This document shows positions 43,784-51,998 of a stretch of 60,933 nt of DNA, piece by piece. The stretch is from Candidatus Yanofskybacteria bacterium (lineage in GTDB: Bacteria; Patescibacteriota; Minisyncoccia; 2-02-FULL-40-12; GWA2-44-9). The DNA lies in assembly GCA_903830625.1 (NCBI GenBank), contig CAIKUK010000024.1:1-60933 (forward strand), read 5' to 3'. Every line of letters begins with the position of its first letter. Position 1 is the stretch's first letter. Position numbers and translations under genes: made by a program. The notes under the pieces were generated by a model that saw only the letters and a list, made by a program, of their open reading frames with translations, made no database searches and was not told the DNA's origin.

Positions 43784-44860
43784 ATGAATAAATTTGTGGC
43801 AGCACTGGTATTGTTGGTCAGCATTTTTTCAAGCGCGTTTTCTTTTACAAATGCCCAAGATGGGCCGATACTGACGGCGACATTGGACAGCCAAACACCG
43901 GTGGCGAGAAGTATATCAGCTGGCGCTCAAAATATCGATGTGGCCAGGATTACTTTAACCGCATCAGTGGGTGATGTAATAATAGAAGGTATCTACCCAG
44001 GAACAGATGTGCCGGGCGGTTTGAGTAATTTTACCAATATTTTTATATATGACGTAACCTCTGGTTCTGAACCTACTCTGGTTGGCACATATCCCAATGC
44101 AAGTGCCAATCCTAATCTGATTAAATTCACTAACTTCGTTACTGTTTATAATAATGGTACAAACAAGACATATTTGATACGAGCGAGTCTGTCGTCTTCA
44201 GCGGCTGGCAATGTCCGGGTTGGTTTCAGCGGGGTCACTTTTCCAGGTGTAAATACGCCAACCTTGATTAGTATTCCTATATACGGCAATGTCATGACCT
44301 TGCCTGGAGTGGTGGCGACACCGACCCCAACTCCGACACCGAGCCTCTCGCCTACACCGACCCCTTCTTTAAGTCCGGAGCCGACACCAACTCCCTCGCC
44401 ATTGATTACTCCCGGTTCACTTGGATTTACTAGTTTAGCTGCCCTTAATCTTCGTGAGGGAAATACTATCAGCGCCATTGGCTCAAATGACCCCGATATT
44501 TACATTATCAACGATTGGGGGTATAAAAGATTATTCCTAAATCCAATTATCTTCAGTTTTTACGGTCATTTAGGTGGATTTGCCAAAGTAAAAAATATCA
44601 CACCTCAAACAAATAGCTTACTGGTAACTTCTGGTCTTTTTAGGAATTGCGAAACTAACGACCCTAAAGTATATGGCGTGGAAGTGACCGGAGAGGATAC
44701 TGGTATATTGCACTGGATAAACACCTCAGGTGCTCAAGCCGTTCAGGATGATTCAGATTTCTTCAAAAAAGTTTTCTGTGTAAACTCAAATGAATTCAAC
44801 TGGTATACCAAAGGTTCCGATTACGCTTCAGTCAATCAAGTTTCCATATATACTCGCTAA
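43784..44860 (+). CDS. Secreted protein: Ig-like repeat, TP linker, S-layer-type Cys-pair domain (start ATG 43784)
   Basis: Signal peptide MNKFVAALVLL...; C-terminal domain paralogous to the S-layer N-terminus; promoter TTGAAA-N17-TATACT 6 nt upstream. Confidence 0.8.
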   Translation: MNKFVAALVLLVSIFSSAFSFTNAQDGPILTATLDSQTPVARSISAGAQNIDVARITLTASVGDVIIEGIYPGTDVPGGLSNFTNIFIYDVTSGSEPTLVGTYPNASANPNLIKFTNFVTVYNNGTNKTYLIRASLSSSAAGNVRVGFSGVTFPGVNTPTLISIPIYGNVMTLPGVVATPTPTPTPSLSPTPTPSLSPEPTPTPSPLITPGSLGFTSLAALNLREGNTISAIGSNDPDIYIINDWGYKRLFLNPIIFSFYGHLGGFAKVKNITPQTNSLLVTSGLFRNCETNDPKVYGVEVTGEDTGILHWINTSGAQAVQDDSDFFKKVFCVNSNEFNWYTKGSDYASVNQVSIYTR

Positions 44861-44904
44861 CAATTAATAAATAATTTTCCGATAGTTATATTGGGCTTAA
44901 ACCA

Positions 44905-45426
44905 ATGAAAATACCAAAAAATATCTACATTTATTCAATTATCGCCACAGTCATCGTTGGGGCGGTAATATTCTGGATTAGCCGGGCGGACAATAAAATT
45001 GATGATGTTGTGGATATGTCAACTCTCTTTGGTGCCAGCCCCAGTCCGGATCAGTCTCCTCTTCCATCTCAAACTCCCAGATTATCCAATAACACCCCCA
45101 AGCCGACACCAGGAATTATCGTTAGTGAGGTGGCCAGTTACCAGTCTTGGGTTAAGTGGCTTGATCCTCAAAATAGGCGCTTGGCTTTAGATGAGGACTG
45201 TACTAGTATTGTGCCATCGCAAGTTGATTATCCAAACAATGTTGAAGTAATGCTCGATAATTCAGCTTCGAATAAGCCTCGGATTTTAAAAATTGGCAGT
45301 CAAAATTATTCCCTTAACGCTCAAGGCTGGATAGTTACTACTCTTCACAGTGAAACACTTCCGGCAAAACTGACGATGTTTTGCGGAGATATGGAGTTAG
45401 GACAACTTGACCTGGTAGCCAAATAG
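44905..45426 (+). CDS. Membrane-anchored hypothetical protein (possible cupredoxin-like beta domain)
   Basis: N-terminal TM, Pro/Ser linker, C...C beta-rich domain. Confidence 0.7.
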   Translation: MKIPKNIYIYSIIATVIVGAVIFWISRADNKIDDVVDMSTLFGASPSPDQSPLPSQTPRLSNNTPKPTPGIIVSEVASYQSWVKWLDPQNRRLALDEDCTSIVPSQVDYPNNVEVMLDNSASNKPRILKIGSQNYSLNAQGWIVTTLHSETLPAKLTMFCGDMELGQLDLVAK

Positions 45427-45430
45427 AAAA

Positions 45431-45474
45431 TAAGAAACCTAAAACTCCCCTCGAGGGGAGTTTTAGGTTTCTTA
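45431..45474. terminator. Bidirectional terminator
   Basis: Perfect 44-bp palindrome TAAGAAACCTAAAACTCCCC-TCGA-GGGGAGTTTTAGGTTTCTTA between convergent genes. Confidence 0.85.
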
Positions 45475-46671
45475 AAGCAGTTTTTCTATTTGTTTAATTG
45501 TAGTTTCAATATTGAAGGCAAAGAGAACGCGTTGGTGAGCCTGGATGCCCATCTCTTGGGCTCGGGAATTGTTATCAATAAGTACGATGACCTTTTCTGA
45601 TATTTGGCCCGGATTTCTCGGTTCGACGATGTATCCACTTACGCCGTCCTCTATTATTTCGGGGATTGCTCCAACTCGGGTGGCAATGACCGGTAATTTG
45701 GCGGCCATGGCCTCCAAAATGGCCCAAGGGAAGCCTTCTTTTACCGAAGGCAGGACAAACAGGTCAAAAGCTTTTAGGTATCTGGCCGCTTGCTCTCTAT
45801 GGCCAGTAAGGATTACTTTTTCGTCTAACCCCTTGCTCTGGATTAGTTTTTTGAGGCCAGTTCGGCCTTCTCCATCTCCGATAATGCACCATATGACATC
45901 TTCCCGGCCCATTATTTGGGCGGCTCCAATTAGATACTCTAAACCTTTGGCTGGGTAAAAATTAGCAATAGTGCCGACAATTTTTTTCGACAAGGGGAGA
46001 CCTAGTTTGGAGCGAGCTTCATCTTTTTCTAGAAAATTAATTTTATAAGGGTCAAGGCCGTTATGAATTAAAACAAGACTCTGGCGGGGTTTAATGCCAA
46101 TTTCTTTGGCTTGGTCTAGATCACGAGCATTATTAACAATGATGACATCTTTCCAAGGAGCGCTTATCTTTTCGAGTGTTTGCCAGAGTCTCTTTTTCCA
46201 CACTGGCCAAGGATCATTGAACGTCCAACCACCAATACGATAAACTACTTTCGGTCGCGGGTGGCAAAATTTTGACGCTAGTGCTCCAATAAAACCAGCC
46301 TTAGAGCTGGCTAAGAAAAGAGTATCAGGTTTGAATTTTTGGATACATTTTTTAATTTGATCGATGGCTCTAAGATCGGAAAATGGACTAACATTCCGTT
46401 TAAGCGACGAAAGGGTGAGAGCAGGGATTCCGAGGTCGATTAAGGCATGAGTAAATGAACCATCGCCATCAGTTCCGACGGCCACGGTAATATCGTAAGC
46501 ATCTTTCTCTAGTTGTTTGATAAATTGAAGAATAAACTGCTGGGCGCCACCCAGTTCCGATTGGGTAATAACAAATAGAACCCGCTTTTTGGGAACTGGA
46601 GGTGTGCCACCAAAGGCATTGACCCCCACACCTAACGGGTAGTTACTGTTTTTATTTCCATGTTCAGGCAT
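45472..46671 (-). CDS. GT4 glycosyltransferase; N-terminus supplied by an inserted element
   Basis: VLFVITQSELGGAQ, GTIANFYPAKG, KEGFPWAILEAMAAKLPVIAT. Confidence 0.9.
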   Translation of the reverse strand: MPEHGNKNSNYPLGVGVNAFGGTPPVPKKRVLFVITQSELGGAQQFILQFIKQLEKDAYDITVAVGTDGDGSFTHALIDLGIPALTLSSLKRNVSPFSDLRAIDQIKKCIQKFKPDTLFLASSKAGFIGALASKFCHPRPKVVYRIGGWTFNDPWPVWKKRLWQTLEKISAPWKDVIIVNNARDLDQAKEIGIKPRQSLVLIHNGLDPYKINFLEKDEARSKLGLPLSKKIVGTIANFYPAKGLEYLIGAAQIMGREDVIWCIIGDGEGRTGLKKLIQSKGLDEKVILTGHREQAARYLKAFDLFVLPSVKEGFPWAILEAMAAKLPVIATRVGAIPEIIEDGVSGYIVEPRNPGQISEKVIVLIDNNSRAQEMGIQAHQRVLFAFNIETTIKQIEKLL

Positions 46672-46755
46672 ATATTATTTTTATTAAATATAATTCCAAG
46701 CAGTTCTTATCTAGACGACAGCTACTAAGGGATATCTACCCGTTAGGTGTGGGGG
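46623..46755. mobile_element. 133-bp TIR element with 4-bp target duplication (copy e)
   Basis: 20-bp perfect TIR CCCCCACACCTAACGGGTAG / CTACCCGTTAGGTGTGGGGG; TTGA on both flanks; excision restores an in-frame ATG at 46772. Confidence 0.85.
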
Positions 46756-46796
46756 TTGATAGGAGCGTCCATTTATGTTAAAATATTAGCACATTA

Positions 46797-47090
46797 CCCC
46801 CACACTCACAAGGTTTTATGCATTTCGTCTATATCATAAAAAGTAAGGTAAATAAGGACTTATATATGGGGTGTACGGGTGATTTAAAGAAGAGATTTAC
46901 TGAACATAATTCCAATCAGGTTCCATCAACGAAGAACAAAGGACCGTACGAATTAATATACTACGAAGCGTATAAATCAGAGAAGGATGCTTTCAAGCGA
47001 GAGAAAAATCTTAAGCTAAGAGCTAATGCTCTCACCGGGCTGAAGAGAAGACTTTTGGAAAGTCTTAACTAAACCTTGTGAGTGTGGGGG
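46797..47090 (+). mobile_element. 294-bp TIR cassette carrying a GIY-YIG nuclease (copy f)
   Basis: 20-bp perfect TIR CCCCCACACTCACAAGGTTT / AAACCTTGTGAGTGTGGGGG; TA on both flanks; gene fills the whole interior. Confidence 0.85.
46818..47072 (+). CDS. Small GIY-YIG nuclease (UPF0213-like)
   Basis: HFVYII...LYMGCTGDLKKRFTEHN, YELIYYEAY, AFKREKNLK. Confidence 0.9.
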   Translation: MHFVYIIKSKVNKDLYMGCTGDLKKRFTEHNSNQVPSTKNKGPYELIYYEAYKSEKDAFKREKNLKLRANALTGLKRRLLESLN

Positions 47091-47093
47091 TAT

Positions 47094-48260
47094 ATGCAGG
47101 AAAAATCAACAGAAATCCTCGGCCGGCTAAAGCACGGCCAGGAGACCATTCCGAGAAGAATTTTGATACTATCAACTGCCTACCTGCCTCAAGTGGGCGG
47201 TTCGGAACTGGCTATAAAAAACATTACCGACCGTTTGCCTGAATTTGATTTTGACCTGATTACCTCTAAATTTTCACCGGACATCCCCTCGTTTGAAAAG
47301 ATTGGCAATGTTAATGTTTGCCGTGTCGGCAATGCTTTGAGTCGGTTTTCTTTTTTGTTACCTAAGAACTTTTTGCCAATTGCTGTATTTTTAAAGGCGC
47401 GGCAATTAATATCTCAACATGGTGTCTATGGTTTTATTCATGCTTATCAAGCTTCGCAGGCTGCTGGCGGTGGCTGGTTACTTAAATTATTTTATCCACA
47501 AATCCCGTTTTTAGTTACAGTGCAGGAAGGAAAGAATTTAATAAACCAGCCGTGGCTTACTAAAACTTTTAGAGGTTTGATATTCAATAAAGCCAACCGG
47601 GCGACTGCAATCAGTAATTATCTGGCGGAATATATTGTCTCTCAAAACAAAAATTTGCCCGTGACGATAATCCCCAATGGTGTAGATTTGCAAAAATTCG
47701 CGATGTCCAGCCAAGAAATTTTAAATAATCGGACAATTATTACCGTCTCGCGATTAGTTGAAAAAAATGGGGTCAAAGATCTGGTTGAAGCTATGGCGAT
47801 TGTTGTAAAAAAGATTAACGATGCCAAATTGTTTATAGTGGGCGATGGTTATCAAAAAGAAGAATTGATCAAAAGAACAAAAACCCTGGAACTGGAAAGC
47901 AATGTTGAGTTTTTAGGTGAAATTTCAAATGAAGAACTGCCAAAGTATTTGATCAAAGCCACAGTGTTTGTCCGGCCATCCTTGTCGGAAGGGTTAGGGA
48001 TTGCCTTTTTGGAAGCGATGGCTTCAGGAATAGCCATAATTGGCACGCCAGTCGGGGGGATACCTGATTTTTTGAAAGACAGAGAAACGGGTTTGTTTTG
48101 CGAGCCTGAAAATCCACAAGATATTGCTAATAAAATAATAGAAATTATAGAAAATAAAGATCTAAGACAGAAACTAGTTAAAAATGCCAGGAAGTTGGTT
48201 GAAGAAAAATACGATTGGAATAACATTGCGCAAGAATTTAAGAAAATTTATGGCCAATAA
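47094..48260 (+). CDS. GT4 glycosyltransferase
   Basis: YLPQVGGSE, TVSRLVEKNG, SEGLGIAFLEAMASG. Confidence 0.92.
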   Translation: MQEKSTEILGRLKHGQETIPRRILILSTAYLPQVGGSELAIKNITDRLPEFDFDLITSKFSPDIPSFEKIGNVNVCRVGNALSRFSFLLPKNFLPIAVFLKARQLISQHGVYGFIHAYQASQAAGGGWLLKLFYPQIPFLVTVQEGKNLINQPWLTKTFRGLIFNKANRATAISNYLAEYIVSQNKNLPVTIIPNGVDLQKFAMSSQEILNNRTIITVSRLVEKNGVKDLVEAMAIVVKKINDAKLFIVGDGYQKEELIKRTKTLELESNVEFLGEISNEELPKYLIKATVFVRPSLSEGLGIAFLEAMASGIAIIGTPVGGIPDFLKDRETGLFCEPENPQDIANKIIEIIENKDLRQKLVKNARKLVEEKYDWNNIAQEFKKIYGQ

Positions 48261-49416
48261 AAGTATTATTATCGCCACCGGTATTTTTTCACCCGACATC
48301 GGCGGACCGGCTTCGTATGCTCGGACTATTGCCAGTCGGCTGGCGACATCTAGAAAAGTGACAGTGGTAACTTATTCTTCTGTTTGGAATTCGCTCGCCG
48401 ATTCGAAGTTGCCTTTTAGAGTGGTGAGAATCTGGGCCAAATGGCCGAAAGGGATTAAACACGGCATATATTTTATAAGAATGTTGTTTGAAGCGAGAAA
48501 GGGTAAAGTTGTTTTTGCTCTGAACGCCGTGAGTGCGGGGATACCGGCTCGTTTTGCAGCCCGGGCGTTCAAAAGAAAATTTATTGTCAAAATTGTCGGC
48601 GATTCAGCGTGGGAACGGGCGATTAGCAATAATAAAACTTCTCTACTACTCAATGATTTTCAGAAAACAAAACGTTCGGGTTGGGCGCGAATATTGCATG
48701 CGTTGCAATGCTCAGTTTGCAAAGGTGCTTACACGATTATTGTTCCGTCGGAGTATCTAAGCAAAATTGTTGAGGGGTGGGGCATTTCCAAAGAAAAGAT
48801 CAGGGTTGTTTATAATGGTTCCGATTTTGAAGCTTCTCCGTTATCCAAAGAAGAAGCCAAGAAAAAACTGGGTATTTCGGGAAATGTTTTATTTACTTGG
48901 GGTCGGCTCGTACCGTGGAAAGGTTTTCGGATGTTAGTTAAGATTATGCCCAAGCTTGCCGAGGTAAACCAGTTCTTTAAATTGGTAATCGTCGGTTCTG
49001 GGCCGGATAAGTCTATTCTTGAGGCCATGATTAAAAACATGAGACTGGAGCGAAAAGTAATTCTGGCGGGCCGAAAGAATCTGAAAGAAGTGGCCGAGTA
49101 TCTGGCCGCGGCCGATATCGCCATTTTGAATAGCGGCTATGAGGGATTTTCACATCAAATCATTGAGGCGATGATTGCGGGTGTGCCCTTGATTACGACG
49201 AACGCTGGCGGGAATAAAGAAATTATTCATCAGGGCCAGAATGGGATTATGGTTAAATACAACGACGAGTTTAATTTAATCGAAGTCATTAGGGCGCTCT
49301 GGAACAATCCGGAAATGCAGGAACATTTTATTGAAGAAGGCAAAAAAACCGCCGCCTATTTCAGTGTTGAAAAAATGTTTGATGAAACAATAGCCTTATT
49401 AATTTCGAATTTATAA
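48250..49416 (+). CDS. GT4 glycosyltransferase
   Basis: PDIGGPASY, GRLVPWKG, YEGFSHQIIEAM.AGVP. Confidence 0.9.
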   Translation: MANKSIIIATGIFSPDIGGPASYARTIASRLATSRKVTVVTYSSVWNSLADSKLPFRVVRIWAKWPKGIKHGIYFIRMLFEARKGKVVFALNAVSAGIPARFAARAFKRKFIVKIVGDSAWERAISNNKTSLLLNDFQKTKRSGWARILHALQCSVCKGAYTIIVPSEYLSKIVEGWGISKEKIRVVYNGSDFEASPLSKEEAKKKLGISGNVLFTWGRLVPWKGFRMLVKIMPKLAEVNQFFKLVIVGSGPDKSILEAMIKNMRLERKVILAGRKNLKEVAEYLAAADIAILNSGYEGFSHQIIEAMIAGVPLITTNAGGNKEIIHQGQNGIMVKYNDEFNLIEVIRALWNNPEMQEHFIEEGKKTAAYFSVEKMFDETIALLISNL

Positions 49417-49861
49417 TTATAAATTTTGAATAAAATTAGAATGACCGAAGATAAAAAACGAATTTATGATTTAGAAGAGAGAACGGCCATATTTGGGCAG
49501 AATATTATTAGTTTATGTAAGAGTGTGAAGGTAAATAATATTTCCAGTCCACTAATTAACCAAATTATTAGATCTGGTACTAGTATTGGGGCCAATTACA
49601 TGGAAGCGAATGCCGCATCTTCAAAGAAAGATTTTATTAACAAGATCTCTATATGCAAGAAAGAAGCCCAAGAGACTAAGCACTGGCTTAGGATGCTAGA
49701 CTTTTATGATAACCAGCTTACATTGATGCGAGATTTGAAACAGGAGTGTGGAGAGTTAGTTTTAATTTTTGGTAGAATTCTTAGTTCATCAAGATCGGAA
49801 AAGTTTGAAAATTGAAAATTCAGTTATTTATTCAAAATTCTAAATTCATCATTCAAAATTA
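49407..49861. repeat. Inverted heptamer-repeat arrays flanking a four-helix-bundle gene
   Basis: Upstream GAATTTA-TAATTAT-AAATTTT-GAATAAA; downstream heptamers including a 13-bp inverted match AATTTTGAATAAA (49422-49434) / TTTATTCAAAATT (49827-49839). Confidence 0.6.
49441..49815 (+). CDS. Four-helix-bundle protein (23S rRNA-IVS-like family)
   Basis: DLEERT, QIIRSGTSIGANYMEA, KKDFINKISICKKEAQETKHWL, EL..IF. Confidence 0.9.
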   Translation: MTEDKKRIYDLEERTAIFGQNIISLCKSVKVNNISSPLINQIIRSGTSIGANYMEANAASSKKDFINKISICKKEAQETKHWLRMLDFYDNQLTLMRDLKQECGELVLIFGRILSSSRSEKFEN

Positions 49862-49866
49862 ACACT

Positions 49867-50952
49867 ATGAATCTATTAATGGTTACAGGGCTTGGTTCGG
49901 CCACAGATTTGGCTCAAGGTAAAAAGGGCGCCTTTTATAATACCTTGGAAGAATTTCATAAATATTGGGAACGGATTGATATTATAATTCCCCGAGTCAG
50001 TAATCCTCAAGTTGCCGAGTTGTTTGGAAATGTTTTTCTCCACACATCCCCATGGCCTCTTATATTGCATCCATTATTTTTTATTAGAAAAGGAATTAGT
50101 CTGCATAAAAAATATCATTTCAATTTAATGACGGTTCAGGATTTTCCGCCTTTCTATAATGGTATCGGCGCATTTTTACTTTGGTGCGGAATTCGAGTCC
50201 CCTATATATTAGAGATTCACCATATTCCTGGTTATCCAAAGTCAGCAAACCTTAAAGAATGGTTGTACCGCATATATGCCAGACTTTTTCTAGGCTTGGA
50301 CGCATGGCCGGCCCGAGCAATCCGTGTAGTTAATAAGCACCAGACGAAAGAATTTTTGATTCGAGTGGGCGTATCGGCCTCTAAAATTATATATATCCCT
50401 TCTCTCTATATCGACCAGAGCATATTTCATCCGACCAACGATCCTAAAGAATACGACCTTATATTTGTAGGGCGCTTAGCCGAAAATAAAGGTATAGATC
50501 TCTTTATTGCTACGTCTAAAAAGCTTGGCATAAAAACTCTTATCATTGGAGATGGACCGGAACGAGAACGTATTCAAAAAGAGATATTTGGACAGAGTAA
50601 CATAACTTTTCATGGCTGGGCTAAAGATTCTCATGAGGTGGCAGATCTTTTAAATAAGTCACGATTACTTATTATGCCTTCTTTTAATGAGGGCGGGCCG
50701 AGGGTGGTGGTGGAAGCAATGGCCTGTGGAGTGCCGGTTTTAGCAACACCCGTCGGAATCGTTCCTGATATTAAAGATGCCTGTACGGTTATTGATTGGA
50801 AGGTGGACGATATTGTTAATAAAATTCGCCACCTTTTGAGCGACGAACAAACATATGAATCCAAAGTTAAGCTTGGACTGGAAGTAGTCAAACAATTCAA
50901 AAAAGAACTTGCCGTTAAAAATTATGCCGAAAAACTACAGAGTTTAATATGA
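49867..50952 (+). CDS. GT4 glycosyltransferase
   Basis: FVGRLAENKG, NEGGPRVVVEAMACGVPV. Confidence 0.88.
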   Translation: MNLLMVTGLGSATDLAQGKKGAFYNTLEEFHKYWERIDIIIPRVSNPQVAELFGNVFLHTSPWPLILHPLFFIRKGISLHKKYHFNLMTVQDFPPFYNGIGAFLLWCGIRVPYILEIHHIPGYPKSANLKEWLYRIYARLFLGLDAWPARAIRVVNKHQTKEFLIRVGVSASKIIYIPSLYIDQSIFHPTNDPKEYDLIFVGRLAENKGIDLFIATSKKLGIKTLIIGDGPERERIQKEIFGQSNITFHGWAKDSHEVADLLNKSRLLIMPSFNEGGPRVVVEAMACGVPVLATPVGIVPDIKDACTVIDWKVDDIVNKIRHLLSDEQTYESKVKLGLEVVKQFKKELAVKNYAEKLQSLI

Positions 50953-51998
50953 AGAATATACTTATAATCACACAGAAAGTTAACGCCAAAGATGATTTAC
51001 TTGGGTTTTTTGTCGGATGGTTACACGAATTTTCAAAAAACTTCGAAAAAGTCTTTGTTATTACTCTTGAAAAAGGCGCTTATGAGTTGCCCAAAAATGT
51101 TTTTGTATATTCGCTTGGAAAGGAAAATAGTAATTTAAAAATCGCTCGGGCTCTCACCTTCTATAAGTTATTATTTCAACTCGTCCCTAAGACGGACGGC
51201 GTATTTGCTCATATGTCTCCAGTTTTTGCTATTGCTTCATGGCCGGTGGCAGTGCTTTATAGGAAAAGAATAATTTTGTGGTATTTGCACCGTTCCGTAA
51301 CTGGTCGCCTAAAACTGGCTGAAAAATTATGCTATAAAATCGTGACCGCATCCAAAGAAAGCCTTAAGTTAATAAGTTCCAAAGTAATTGAAATCGGCCA
51401 CGGCATACAAGTAGAACAATTTAAGACAGTCAGAAATTGGCCGAACAAAAAATTAGAGATCTTAAGCGTCGGAAGAATATCCAGGATAAAGGATTATGAA
51501 ACCTTACTTGAAGCGGCAAAAATATTAAAAGATAAAGATCTTAATTTTCAAGTCAAAATAGTTGGCCAGCCAATCATGGTGCCAGATTTTAAATACCAAA
51601 AATTATTAGTCTCTCTGCAAGAAAAACTTGAGCTTAAAGATGTTGTTGAATTTGTAGGGTTTGTCCCATACAGCCAAATGGTTCGATATTATAAAGAAAC
51701 AGACTTAGTTATCGGCCTTACACCTTATGGAGGAATAGACAAGGTGATATTAGAAGGCATGGCTTCGGGTTGTTTGGTGCTGACTTCAAACGAAGCCAAT
51801 CGTAGATATTTTGGGCATTACGCTGATAATCTTATTTTTAATCATCATGATTCGGTCCATCTTGCCCACAAAATAGAATCATTAAATTGTATGCCGGCCG
51901 AACAAAAAAAAGAAATGAGCGAATTTTTAGTCCGGTCGGTTGAACAAAATCATAATCTAACAAATTTAATAAATAGAATCAGTAAATTATATGAATAA
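50949..51998 (+). CDS. GT4 glycosyltransferase
   Basis: VGRISRIKD, GGIDKVILEGMASG. Confidence 0.85.
   Translation: MKNILIITQKVNAKDDLLGFFVGWLHEFSKNFEKVFVITLEKGAYELPKNVFVYSLGKENSNLKIARALTFYKLLFQLVPKTDGVFAHMSPVFAIASWPVAVLYRKRIILWYLHRSVTGRLKLAEKLCYKIVTASKESLKLISSKVIEIGHGIQVEQFKTVRNWPNKKLEILSVGRISRIKDYETLLEAAKILKDKDLNFQVKIVGQPIMVPDFKYQKLLVSLQEKLELKDVVEFVGFVPYSQMVRYYKETDLVIGLTPYGGIDKVILEGMASGCLVLTSNEANRRYFGHYADNLIFNHHDSVHLAHKIESLNCMPAEQKKEMSEFLVRSVEQNHNLTNLINRISKLYE

Noticed and set aside
44320-44410. TPTP repeats as DNA tandem repeats (also 28130-28230)
   Set aside because: Codons are scrambled, so this is protein-level low complexity.
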